Positions 30,601 to 42,941 of a stretch of 64,000 nt of DNA are shown piece by piece. Made by a program: the position numbers and the translations under genes. This DNA is from Magallana gigas (lineage: Eukaryota). The stretch covers positions 18,848,001 to 18,912,000 of the forward strand of contig NC_088860.1 of NCBI RefSeq assembly GCF_963853765.1, in the 5' to 3' direction. Numbering within the stretch: the stretch's first letter is position 1; every line of letters begins with the position of its first letter. The notes under the pieces are model-generated. The model did not search any database and was not told the origin of the DNA. It worked only from the letters and a program-made list of their open reading frames with translations.

Positions 30601-33600
30601 TACTAATAGTGCTATTGATTACTTAGCTTAGTGATTAAAATTACTAAGATAAAGTTCAAGAAACATCTACTTAAAGCAATATGAGCTACAATTTTCATGC
30701 TGAAATTTTTTATTACGAAAATGATATTTTCTTCTAAAATGACAAAAGTACCATGGTTCTTAAATTTCTACAAGCCATATTTTTGTGGAAAAAGCCGTTT
30801 AGAAGCCTAGATTGAAGTAAAATTGAATTATGGTCGTCCAGTACAAAAATTGATCTACTTTATATTCCTTAGAAGAGAAAAATCTTTCTTCTGACAAAAA
30901 TTAATGATTTTTCCAAATCTTATTATAATAAAAGTTTAAGTTACATGCAGCCTTATGATACTAGCAGGTTTTTGGAGCAAAATAAAATTCTAAAAAATAC
31001 AGCTCATATCGCTTAATAATCGGATGCACATGACATTTATTAGATATATGTCTTCTTGTAATTGTGCTCGGTCGATTCCCCAAGGATATCGCTAATAACG
31101 CACATTTTGCTATTTTCTTCTGGACCTGTTAAAAACTTATGATACCTGTACTCGTTACCCCGTTTTTTGTATTTATGTGTCTATTATCATTATTACTACT
31201 ACGATTTTATTATTTTATTTTCATAAGCTTTGTTTGTGTTTTTTGTCTATTTATAGCAACAATGGCCACGTGTTTCTTGGAGATGGGGGTTTACAAATCC
31301 TTCGGAATCTACATCAACGCTTACTTAGAGGAATTCAACACCTCGGTGACAGTGGCTTCCCTCATTTCCGGAATTTTTTCCGTCACTTTTTGCTTCACAG
31401 GTTAGGAACTAGGTAACAATGAGTAAAACGCCCATAAAAAATCAGAGCCACTTCGAACACCTCTTTACTCTATAAAATACAATACTGCGAAATTACATAT
31501 GTCAAAGTATGCTAGTATAGGCCTAACAACTCTTAATTATGTTTCACTGATTCCTTTGTTATTCTAATGAACATATAAAGAACTTGGGTACAATATCTAC
31601 GAAATTCTCCACATTCAAAACGGTAGAGCGATAAATGTCTTTTGTCTTTTACGTGTTATTTCGGCATACTAGTAACATTTTCCAGCTTTGCCTTTGACTG
31701 CCTTTGGTACGGACAAGTTTGGATGCCGCCCCCTTGTAATGTTTGGAGGGTTTGCCCTGTTTCTGGGCTATCTTTTGAGCAGCCTCGCCACTGGTATTGG
31801 AGTTGTGATGCTGGCTCAAGGAGTTATAGGAGGTAACGCAAACATTTACTTGAAAATGATTTTTTTCATGAGAGAGGTTGAATATTATTTTAAAAGATCA
31901 AACGTTCATTAACGGTAATACATGCATGCTAATTATATTTCACCGTAAACAACCCCTAACGCGGGGGAGTGAACAAAAAGTAGGGGGGAGTCGATTTCAA
32001 CGCATGGGGGAGTCGATTTTCTTCGCTTCGGAGACGGAAGGAAGACGGCGATAGTCAAACTTTGTATCGGTCATTGGTCCGAGTTCTCTATGCGTCTAGT
32101 AGTCTCAAACACTTCGAAACTAGTTGACAGATTTCAAATTCACGGTAATCGGGTGGTCAAAATATGCATTATTTGTAAGATATACGTATGGAACGCCATA
32201 GCTGCCTTAAGGTCAATTTCATATTATATGAATTGGGTGTTTCATTTATATGCAATAGTAATATCATTATATGCAGTGGTAACATCATTATATGCAATGC
32301 TAACATCATTATATACTGTAATTTCACAATTATATTCAGGGGTAAAGTCTTTATATGAAGTGGTAACATCATTACGTTATGTCGTAAGATCATTATGTAC
32401 AGTGGTTCATTCATTATATGCTATGAATAAATCTTTACATGATATGATAAACTCATTTCATACAGATATGAACTCCTAATGAACTATTGTTCCATCGTTA
32501 TGTTATGTGGTACTCTCCTCATGTGCAGTTGCAATATCCTTTTATGTAGTGCAACTTCTTGACTTCGTGATATGCAGTACTAACATCATGTTATGGTGTA
32601 TTAAAACCTTTATGTATGGTGGTAAAACATTTATGTATTGCGGTGAAAGCTTTACATGCAATGGTAAATCCTTTATATGATGTGACAATTTTATTATATG
32701 CCGTTGTTGAGCCATTATATGATGTGGTCAGTTCTTTACATCATGTGATCATTTCATTATATTGAGTGGTTACTTCTTTATATGCAGTCGTAACTCTTTA
32801 TGACGAGGTTGTAAACTTGTTCTCGCTGAAAAGTTTTAATGGGGAAGAGGTCCAGTTTTATTTTGAAAAAGATGCCGCATTCATTGTGACAGTGTACATG
32901 TATGTCGTATGTTTTGAATTCACGAGAGAGAGAGAGTTTGAGTTTCTCTGTTCTTGATACATCGATGTGTGATAAATCGAATAATTTTTTAGTAGAGTGC
33001 GCGTTTAATTTTTAAAGTAAAATGAATTTCAAAAAATGATTGTACTTTGTAGATATTTAATACCCCCTCTGCTTCTAGACCCGCGCATACAGTTAGGTTT
33101 GATCACTTTATGTATATTGATGTTAACATAGAACAATTTAATTTCTATTTGCTAGCGTGTTTTAAATATACATGTAATTCTTCGGAGCATAATTAATAAA
33201 TCTAATTCTGTCTCTTCAAAAACGTTTAAATTGAGTTACTTTGCTCTTTAAAATCATGAAATAGCATCCATAATCAAAGTACCGAAGAATTGACGGGAGT
33301 TGATTTTGTCGATGTTTATTTATTTTAAGATAATGATATGTTATTTTGCATGACAAGTACATGTAGTTTCTAATTTGTATTTGAATTACGCACATTTTTA
33401 TAATATGAATTTTTGGACTTTTTCGACAAGAATGTCGATAAACCCCCCTATGAATCATGTTGAATAATTTTTAAGATAAAATTAATTCAATCAAACTATG
33501 TATCAGTAATAAATATTTCTCGAAAATTGTATGGATCCAAGCAATATTGAACTCTAGTCTCGTTCATCCAAAAGCTCGGCTGACACCGTAAATCTCCGAC

Positions 33601-36600
33601 AAGCAAGAGAGACTCTCTGCTTGTCGGAGATTTACGGAGTCAGCCGAGCGTCGAGTTAGACTATATTGAACTCTGGCGTAGGAAAACATACGACTACAAA
33701 AAATATCTAAATTGTTCGTACCCTTTAAAATCTATCTATTCTCAAGGTATTTATAAATAAGTTTCCTTGAAAAACAATGCTTTATCATACATTACATCGA
33801 ATATATCAATTATTTTCAAGAATTAAGTCTTGTCAGCAGCGATGGTTGGTGCTGAGGTCCAAACACTGTTTCACTTTCGGTTTGTCTGAGTAAAATCAAC
33901 TCCCAAAAACCGTGGCGCTTGGAACAAACTTGTCCGTACATCGCTGGTTCATACATTATTGCACGGCTTGCTTATAACGATGTCTAACAATATGTACATA
34001 TATTTTTGAAAACGACATATTTTACAAAAAAAATACATTAACTTTTTCCATTGATGCGTTACTTTGTTTTAAAATCCCTCGTTTAGCAGCAGATGTTTAC
34101 AATTCATGTTTATAATTTGAGCAAAGTCGGTAACGTTGAAAAAAATCAGCACACGTGTAAAATATTACAATGACAAGCGATGAAGTTTGCGAAGATTTAA
34201 AACACTGTTTTTTAAGGTGACTCACTACACCTTGAAATATTTTCTCAAATCAGCAGAAAATTACTTGAATATGATAGATATCATAATGGATAAGAAGTAT
34301 TTAAGTCATATAGGAAGAAAATGTGCAATTTTGGAGAAAAAATTACGTTTCAAAAAATTTAATTCAGTTAACATGAACAAAAACTCTAGGCGGATTCGAA
34401 CTCATTTGCGGTTCAGAAGCCCACTACATTAACCACTGAGCAACGACGATATACAACCCAATCGAACGGTATAAACAAAGGTGGCTCTATACACCACTTT
34501 TTGATGACGCAGTACGCAAAAAAGTAAATCTGGAAGCATGCACTTCCGGTCCTGGCTGATTTAAACTGAGGCGAACTGCATGGGGACCGCTCTTTTGAAA
34601 AATTTGTTAAATGAATAGATTAAATTTGATAATTGGAAAATTCATTACTTACAAGTAATGTAGTATGTGACACCTTCACGTTGTGTGATATTATTTATCA
34701 AAATAAACAATAAAATCAAGTATAATTTTTTAAATAGTTTCTTTCCCTTCATTGATATGTTACACCGTAGCGCAATGGGTTAGTGGTTTCACTACTAACC
34801 TGAAGGTCATGAGTTCGATTCCCGTTGAGAGCGATAAGTTTTTTATCTTTCCAAAATTTTCTAAAACGTATTTTTTGTTGAATACTGTGAAAGAAAATTC
34901 TAAAGCAGTGAAAGTATTTCAATTATTATATACTTTAATGCACATTAATATCGACAGATGTTCCTTACCACCATAATTGGATGAGAGGGTTGCTTTGAAT
35001 TTCTCTCAGGTTGGGATACATAAATCCTATTAGCCAAGTCAATTTTCCCCTTTATTTATTGGACTTAGTTTTGCATAAAAGCGAAAAGATTCACTTATAC
35101 GCGTACGGGCCTATAATGAAATACGTATGTATTTATCATTCCAAATTATATTTAGGAAATTTTCTTCAACTCAGAAATGCAAAGTCCCCAAGATGTTTCG
35201 GCCTTGGGACTTAGGAACGATAACCCTTACCTCAGGAACTTTCATACCAAATAAAATTTAAAATATGTTTTGCGTTAATCTGCAATGATTTTCATTCAAT
35301 TTTTTATGTCACATTTATTAAAATACATTTTCTTATAACATCAAGCAACTTTTTCAGATGATTTGTCAACAGAGTTAGAAAGTATGAAAAATTATTTTTT
35401 GGGGAAATACTAAAAAAAATTGCAATAATAACATTTTTGAATGTTACGAAAAGTTATATATTTTTTTATGTGTCCGAAGGAAATATCCATCAAATGACAA
35501 AAACAATTCTCTCAATTTGTTAATAGCTATCTTTTTAAAAAATACTTTACAAAAACACGAAAAAACATTTAAAAATTCTTTAAAAATACCTATAGTATCC
35601 CTATCATCATTTTAATATTTGATAAGTATATGTTCTGTGGTCTTCTATTAAAAATTGGAATAAACTGTGGGTGTATAGAGCCACCTATGCCTCTTTGAAA
35701 CAAAACTCGGATATGCCATGAAACCAGTCACATTTTTTGGTAGCTAACATTCAAGAAAAGTACATAACCCGACTTATCAGTGTACGTATGTATATATCAT
35801 GATATGCTTGCTACTATCATAGCCCTAAGAATCACTGAAGAAAGCATTTTTACTGTGTATTTTGTAATAGTGTATATATAAAAGGCTCAGTTCAGCCACG
35901 CTCCTACTAGCACTAGCTAGTTGGAGCGTTGGTTAATTAACTGAATGGTCGCAGGTTTGAGCCTAGATCTGGTCATTCCTCCTTTTCTATCGCTTATAAA
36001 TTTACATCCACCAAGTATACTTTCCTCTATTTCTTACGGAAATTGATTGTATAATTCATAGCTCAGACTGAAGTCTATATGCCTCGTTTATCAACAGGTC
36101 GAAATCTTTATCAAGCTAGGAAAAATCACAGACTGCACGAAATGATCATGATGATGTTAGACTCAGAAATAGGAAGAAAATGCCTTTTAATAAATGTATT
36201 TTCTTTTAATTCAATTTTTTTCTAAAAAAAAAAACAAAAACAAAAAAAAAACGAAATTAAATGGAAAACATGAGTAGTACATGTACTTGTCTTTATTGCT
36301 TTAATATCTGTGAATAAGTCAAACCATTCTATTTATTAGATTAAGTCGACTTTTATAGACATCGTTTGAATGCTATTCGTTATGAAAAAATAAGCTGAAC
36401 ATTTCCTATACAGTGAAATAAATTTTATTTTTCTACTCCCCCGTGCGTTCTGTTTTCCAAAAATCGAATCCCCCTACGTTACCGTTACATCTGAACAGAA
36501 AATGTCTTGATTATTCATTTTTTTCTTCGACTTGTTAAGATTTGATAATTGCACTTAAAAGGTTGATCATTTGTTCGACTGTTTCAACTGTCTGTAACCC

Positions 36601-38338
36601 AAAGCAAGTCGTATATTTTACAAATAATGCATATTTTGACCACCCGATTACCGTGAATTTGAAATCTGTCAAATAGTTTCGAAGTGTTTGAGACTACTAG
36701 ACGCATAGAGAACTCGGACCAATGACCGATACAAAGTTTGACTATCGCTGTCTTCCATGCGGTATATATTTTTTGGAAATACTTCTTATAAATGCCTACA
36801 AAATGCGTGACCTAAATTCCTTCCGTCTCCGAAGCGAAGAAAATCGACTCCCCTATGCGTTGAAATCGACTCCCCCCTACTTTTTGTCGACTCCCCTGCG
36901 TTAGGGGTTGTTAACGTTGCATTTTGTCATTGTTCTTGATTTCATCTTTTAGCCATGGGTTCTGCCGCCATTCATTCACCAAGTATCATAATTCTAGGAA
37001 GATATTTCGATAAGAGGAGAGGGTTTGCGAATGGAATAGCGATAGCTGCCGGCAGCTTGGGCGGGTTTGCCACTCCTATAATCTTTACCAAGTTAATGGA
37101 AGAGTATTCCATCCGAGGTGCTCTCCTTCTGCAGTCGGCCATCTTACTCAACATAGTGCTTGCTGCCTCCTTTTTTCGTCCAACAGAACTCACTGCAAAG
37201 TTTGCAAATTACGACAAAATGAAAAACAATAGAAAAAAATTAAATGGAAACGTTAAACCAGAAATAATCGACGAAGAATTCTCAAACGGATCTCTGTTGT
37301 TGGGAGACACTCCGAATGGCGTAGAAGTAAACCAAGAAGGGAATGGGTTTGTTTCTAATTCTTTGAATTCAATTGAAAGGATATGCATAAAAGAAATCTC
37401 AACACCACGTTTGTCTCACCTCAGGAAAACTGCAGCGAAAGAGCACGGCGACAGTGCGTCCACTGCGTCTCAGTTTAGTAGTGTCCACAGTTTGATGTCG
37501 CCATCCATAGCTGACATTCATTTTGCATCCACAGTGGAGCAAGCAGACGACGAGAAAGAATCCAGTAAAAAATCGTGCACAAGTGCGTTTTTCAAAATAA
37601 TGGATATCAGGATGTTGAAGAACAAGCTTGTGCTCCTTTTCACCTTCATTTTCTGCTTTGGTTCGGTTGGGACCTGTCTTGGAATGATATTTGTGGCGCC
37701 ATTAGCGCGTGACAAGAATCTCACCAAAGATGAAATAGCAATAACAACCGCGTTAGTCAGTGGGTCGGAGTTTATTTTTCGAATTGTTTTGGGATTTGTT
37801 GCTGACATGAATATTGTTGAGAGGTACCGCATTGTGCAAGTTTCCCTTTTCGGAACCGGTGCTATGCTATTTTTTATTCCTCTTCTGGAGTCCTTTTGGC
37901 ATTTTACTATCTTCAGCGTTTTGTACGGTTTATTCAGCGGACCACTGATTTCTATGTATTCCCCTGTCTGTATAGATTTTGTAGGGATAGAGCGATTTCA
38001 TCGTGTCATGGGTATTTTAATTTCATTCCAAGGAATTCTTCTGGGTGCCATTGGACCAGCTGTAGGTATGGGTTTACTTTACAATATGGGTTTACTTTAC
38101 AATATGGGTTTACTTTGCATAATGCATCAATGAATCGCATCATATACATGACTGATTGTGTCTGCTCATTTTCAAATACATGTAATGTCTTTTTGTAGGC
38201 GCATTAAGAGATTTGTATGGTTCTTACGTACAGGCATACCAACTGATGGCATCGGTGACATTACTAGGTGCAACTCTGTTCTTTTTTGTTCCATGCCTGC
38301 GAAAGCAGGTACCAACAACAGAAACTGTTATAGAATGA
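27655..38338 (+). CDS. Monocarboxylate transporter family (SLC16/MFS), 533 aa, 5 coding exons
   Basis: Exons: 27655-27712, 31257-31400, 31686-31832, 36953-38065, 38199-38338 (1602 nt). WPRDRGWSWVV resembles the DGGWGW MCT signature; DKFGCRPLV, YFDKRRGFANGIAIAAGSLG and a long central loop follow. The paralogue cannot be assigned. Confidence 0.92.
29488..29598. repeat. ~53-bp tandem duplication ending in (AAAT)n
   Basis: AGGACTATATGACGTGTCAAATAAATAGATAAACAAAT occurs twice. Confidence 0.8.
29821..29965. other. Assembly gap (145 N) in MCT intron 1
   Basis: Run of N. Confidence 1.
32245..32805. repeat. Degenerate 21-bp minisatellite (~26 units, consensus TTATATGCAGTGGTAACATCA)
   Basis: The period is visible by eye; track ORFs 32090-32479 (LYAVVTS repeats) and 32169-32414 derive from it. 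Confidence 0.85.
33555..33662. mobile_element. Foldback/palindromic MITE (108 bp)
   Basis: TAGTCT...AGACTA ends, a near-perfect internal palindrome at 33574-33649, and flanking direct repeat TATTGAACTC. Confidence 0.8.
34216..34478. mobile_element. Truncated Kolobok-like non-autonomous element carrying a tRNA-like segment
   Basis: Starts TTAA|GGTGACTCACTACACC. A minus-strand tRNA-like module at 34384-34448 has A-box-like TGCTCAGTGG and B-box GAGTTCGAATC. Cut off by the next element. Confidence 0.6.
34479..35686. mobile_element. 1.2-kb TIR element (Kolobok-like ends) with an internal tRNA-like segment
   Basis: 17-bp perfect TIR AGGTGGCTCTATACACC; no TSD visible. A plus-strand tRNA-like module at 34763-34832 has TAGCGCAATGG and GAGTTCGATTC. 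Confidence 0.7.
38067..38116. repeat. 18-bp tandem repeat (~3 copies) at the start of MCT intron 4
   Basis: TATGGGTTTACTTTACAA x3; explains the spurious MGLLYN tail of the track ORF. Confidence 0.85.
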
Positions 38339-38484
38339 GATATTATAGTACATGTATTTAAAATAAAAGCGATAATTACGAATGGGTGTCTTCTTCTTGT
38401 GTTTTATTTTTTGATTTAGTTATGATAAATTACAACATTTTTAATACTTTATTGAACTCAAATACAGGTAAAAGTTTTCCATTT

Positions 38485-41400
38485 TTACACGCTGGTTGTG
38501 TGAACGCGCATGTGCCGGTTTAAGTTTCCGGACTGTGAAAATCTAAGCAGACACAATTTACACTGATAAGGTTTCTCTCCAGAATGGATTCTCAGATGCT
38601 TTGTTAAAGTGGAACTGTCGGAAAAAGCCTTTTTGCAAAGCCTGCATCTGTAAGGACGTTCTCCGCTGTGAGTGCGCATGTGCGTTGTCACGGAAGAACT
38701 TTGCGAGAATCTCCTGTCACACATTGGACAGTGAAAGGGCTTTTCCCCACTATGTGTCCGAGTATGCGCCGTGAGATTTGCCGCTTGTGAGAATGATTTA
38801 CTACAAGTAGAACATTTATACGGTTTCTCCCCGGAATGTGTTCTTAGATGGGTTTTCAAAGTACTTGGTCGAGCATATGTCTTGCCACAAATTCGGCAAA
38901 GATTAACCTTATTGGATTCACATTGTATGCTGGTGCTATGACGGTTCCCAAGAAATTTACTTCGTTTCCACTGTGAAACGGCACAGAGGCGAGCTGCCTC
39001 CTTGTAGTTTTCTGTAGGTCGGTAGATAAAATTCCGGCTGTCCGCAGTCGAAAATGGTCTCATTTCGTGCGTGATGGAGTAGGACGCTGGATACTGCGGA
39101 ACAGACGACGTGTTGTATTGCGGTGAAACTGGCGGGAAACTGTACTGGTTGTATTGGTAGGAAGGCGGTGGGGTGGCGGATCTAGGTTGAGGGTTACTCG
39201 ACCATTGCTGAACAGAATACTGGTTACCGCCCATGTTGTGGGGGACCCCGACATTCATACTCATGCTGACATTAACACTCATAGATGGAAACACGTTATT
39301 CTGCTGGGGGTCGTTTCCTGGGTACTGTTGTACCGTGAACTGGTTTGGGTTTTGTTGAGGGTAGGTCCCCGGATGAAAGGAACTGTTGTGATAGGTCACT
39401 GTGGGCTGGCTTGGAGTGGCCCCACCCCCGTGTCCGAGGTGCATTGTAGAGGATATCGGTGATAACTGACCACTGTAGCCTGGCCGGACCACCGCATTTT
39501 TTAGGGACAAGAGAGCATCTGCGATATCTTGGGACTTGTCTTTGAAAACAGAAAATTCCCTGAAAGTGAAAACAAATGGAATCATTTTTTTTTCAAAAAG
39601 ATAACCCATATTGAACATAAATTTGAAAGTAGACTTACACCAGTTTTTGTCAAATATTATCATGTACAGAAAATTAATATTTATTCAAACTGATATCCAT
39701 ATAAACGCTTTTACAAAGTAATTAAGATTTTTTTCGTTTGTCTGAAACAAATATGATACATGTAACAATACATTTTGAATATTAATTTGAAATCAAAGTG
39801 TATTTCAAAGTGTATTTCAAGCAATTTTTTACCTATCTTAAATTCACCAATGCATATGCATATTTCTTTTCAACGTATATTTTTGAAATGTCGAAAATCA
39901 ATATATAGTCATAAACACTTTCCCATATTAATTTTTTCTGTTATTAAAAAACATTTTTTTTTCAGCGAATTTTCACTAAGAGTAAGAAATGCAAACTGCT
40001 ACGTAAATTTATAGTTCAATTAAAACAATTATTTATAATTAATAAGAATTTAATTTGAATATTTTGATTCTGTCGATATTTTTAACATTTATCGGGGTTT
40101 TTTCCCTACAACATGCAAAAAGTCAATCATGCATCTATAATTAAAGAATTTTAACTGGTAGTGTCAGAATTCTGTAATTAATTAGAAATTGATAGAAAAT
40201 TGAACCAGTTTCGTTTAAAAAATTGGACGTATAAGATATGATTTAAGAACAAACAAATATTACAAGGATGGAAGCAAAAAACGTACTTTCGTTATTTTAC
40301 TACGTGTAATGTTTAGCGTTTCCGATCGAAATTTTGTTCAAAATTTTAAGCTTGCTAAAAAACAACCCGAAATTAATAAATTGTACACCGTACACGGTTA
40401 AGAAAACATTTAAAATGCGTATTTACGCCTGTATCATTTTTTTGACTTGCTATATTTTTATATTTAAGTTTCGTTTCTGTCGAATTCTTTCCTCCATATT
40501 TTATTGAATAATTTATACGTTTGTCTGGATTAAGTAAAATATCACTGTTCTGACAATTTTATAGATACATACCCTTGAAATCGCGCAACGAAAAATCCAC
40601 TATCACTTTAAAATGATTCCGTTGGAAATGATTTTACAATGTTTAGGTGAGAAGGTAATGAGATATGTATTAACCTTTAAACTCTCAAATCAAGCACCTG
40701 CAAAACTTCAGACTGTCCATCTTGTGGGTATACCGGACGCACAAGTGTCTATTTCTTTTTGTTATTAATGACACTTTAGTGTTTGCCGTTTTTCTAAGGG
40801 GCAGGGTTATGTATGATCAGAGGCGAAATCTAATCCAATATTGCCCAGTCTTCAATATTTATTCTCCCCCTGATCGTTAGAATTTCGGATTACATGACAA
40901 CTTTTGGAAAAACAAACAATATTTGTAATTTACTGGTAGGATACTAATGAGAATTGAGTCAACTCTCGCGAGATTTCCTAGACACCGACTATACGTACCT
41001 TTTGTATAAACATGGACTAGACTATAGAGTTCACGAAAGAGGTCTGCATATTTGTATATATCAACAGTGAAAATGAAGTAGTTCAACGGGTGAAAGTATA
41101 AGCATACAAAAGTACATATACCCAATTATAAGATCCTTTTATGAATGAATTTAAAAAAAAAATGGAAAAATTTGGGAATCCGTCATTAGTTGGTAAAGAA
41201 TCACTTTAAAAAAGATTCTTTTTGCCTCAAAACCAAATTATATCTACATTGTTGGTTCAATTTAAGAATGAAAACCTTTAACGAAGGAATAAAAACGCAA
41301 AAAGGGTTATTTATTCAAATGAAAGTAACCGAAGGCACCGGGGAAATATGGCATTCCATGACGAGAATTAAATTTGACTTAAGAAATTTGAGTGAAATAT

Positions 41401-41603
41401 TGTACTCACTTGATTGTAGGTGTACAAGGCGGAAACGAAAAGACATTTGGAATCGGTTCAAATTCGATGGTGGTCATAGGATAGGCGTTGATATTGACAC
41501 CAAGCGGTGACCTTGAGAGGTCAGACCGTCTGTCCTCTGACCCGCAGTAGAAATCATCGTATGTGGATCCATTGGGGGCGTAACTGTCCAGTTCTGTGTA
41601 CAT
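38485..41603 (-). CDS. gl: Glass-type C2H2 zinc-finger transcription factor (5 fingers), 422 aa
   Basis: Exons 41603-41410 and 39559-38485 (phase-2 GT-AG intron). Fingers [55 protein letters not shown] and [21 protein letters not shown] match Drosophila Glass as recalled. The first ~34 aa of the 392-aa track ORF are intron. Confidence 0.92.
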
Positions 41604-42872
41604 GATCTGGCGTAAATTTTTGTGAAAAAATAAACAATTCGTTATTTTTTACGTTCACAAAAAATAAGTAAAAAAATAAAATATAAAGATAAATTCTTGC
41701 ATAGAGTAAAAAAGCCCAATCAAATTAAAAAATTTTTAAAATGATAACGGATGACAATTATTTCCAATGATAATTTGAAACAATCAATTGTTAGATTCAT
41801 AAATATGAATACTTTATTGGTCTCTTGAACCAAATATGACGCATTTCAAAAGTCAGCAGATCTGTAAAAATATTAATGACGAAATAGAACGGTACGATTG
41901 CTCTGCGTGGTACAACTTCCAGGTAAAGAGTAAGAGAGAACTGTTCTATTGCATTGTGAATTTTATGCGTTTGAAAAATATGCCGACTAATATGTTTGTA
42001 TTTTTATATTTGTAAAGTTATAAAACTAAAATACGGATATACAATGTATACGCATGATGCTAATACTTATAAATTGTATGCCATAATAGGTTAATTGATT
42101 GCAATTGACAACGACGTACATGTAACTTGTTTACATTTACATTGCATTCCCGCCACTTGACATACAACTTACGCGTATAGTACTAAAAATGGTCTTTTCT
42201 CAAAATAAAATAAGGTGAATTGCATTGATGCGCACTGCATGTTTGGTTTTATTCAACAAAGGGTCAGGAAAAATATAAATTCTAAAGGATTTTTTTTTTT
42301 AGAAAAATACATTGTTGTTTCAGTTTGCAATTGGTACTCGGTCAATCCTCGCATTCAATGCAAGTAAATGAATATAAAAATAAAATTAATAAATAATAAC
42401 TTAGAAAAATGGATGAAAAAAAGATATTCAGGAAACTTGACAAAATTACATGTATTTGACGCTTTGTTATTTGGGAAATCGGTTGAATTATATAATCATA
42501 AGGAATGGTCAATACTGATTTTCATACGAAAAAATTATGGAATATATAACGAAACATTTAAGCAATTATATAATAGTATATCTGTATGAATCACTGGACT
42601 AAAGGTTATATTACTAAGTTATAATTTTTAGATATATTTTAAAAATGTTCCTTTTAACATTTATTGTTTGTTTTTAAAGCGTTTCAGGATTTATATGGGT
42701 TTTGCGAGTTTCTTGACCAAATTGCACCAGTTTTTGTTTATCATTTTTATAAAATAATTGTAGGAAATTTTAATTCTAACATTCTACATTGGTTGAAAAC
42801 GTTCTGCAAATTTGACAATCGAGAAAAAACATCAGACTATGTATATTTTGTGTAAATGAAATGAAAACATAC

Positions 42873-42941
42873 CTTCTGAGAAAAAAAAATAGTCCTAAAC
42901 GTTGTAAGAAGCGACCCTCTCCGTCCTCTGTAGCTTTTATA
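42873..42941 (-). promoter_or_regulatory. gl: Candidate glass core promoter and non-coding first exon
   Basis: TATAAAAG at 42941-42934, donor AAG|GTATGT at 42873/42872, and acceptor CAG|ATC ATG at 41607/41606 just before the start codon. Confidence 0.55.

Larger units (their letters stand above)
31949..36911. mobile_element. ~5-kb non-autonomous long-TIR DNA element filling MCT intron 3
   Basis: Inverted repeats 31949-32186 and 36610-36911; the right copy has 64 extra nt (36757-36820). Termini ACAACCCC...GGGGTTGT with TAA on both flanks. GGGGGAGTCGA subterminal repeats. Confidence 0.8.

Noticed and set aside
32245-32805. CRISPR-like array
   Set aside because: Contiguous degenerate units without unique spacers, in a eukaryotic intron, with no cas genes.
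34384-34832. Functional tRNA genes
   Set aside because: Acceptor and anticodon stems do not pair properly and the segments sit inside TIR elements; treated as tRNA-derived modules.
38066-38133. C-terminal MGLLYNMGLLYNMGLLCIMHQ of the 392-aa MCT ORF
   Set aside because: Read-through into an 18-bp intronic tandem repeat; the real TM12 is in exon 38199-38338.
39060-39462. Overlapping ORFs within glass exon 2 (39154-39462 +, 39060-39254 -)
   Set aside because: Shadow frames of a GC-richer coding exon with no independent signals.
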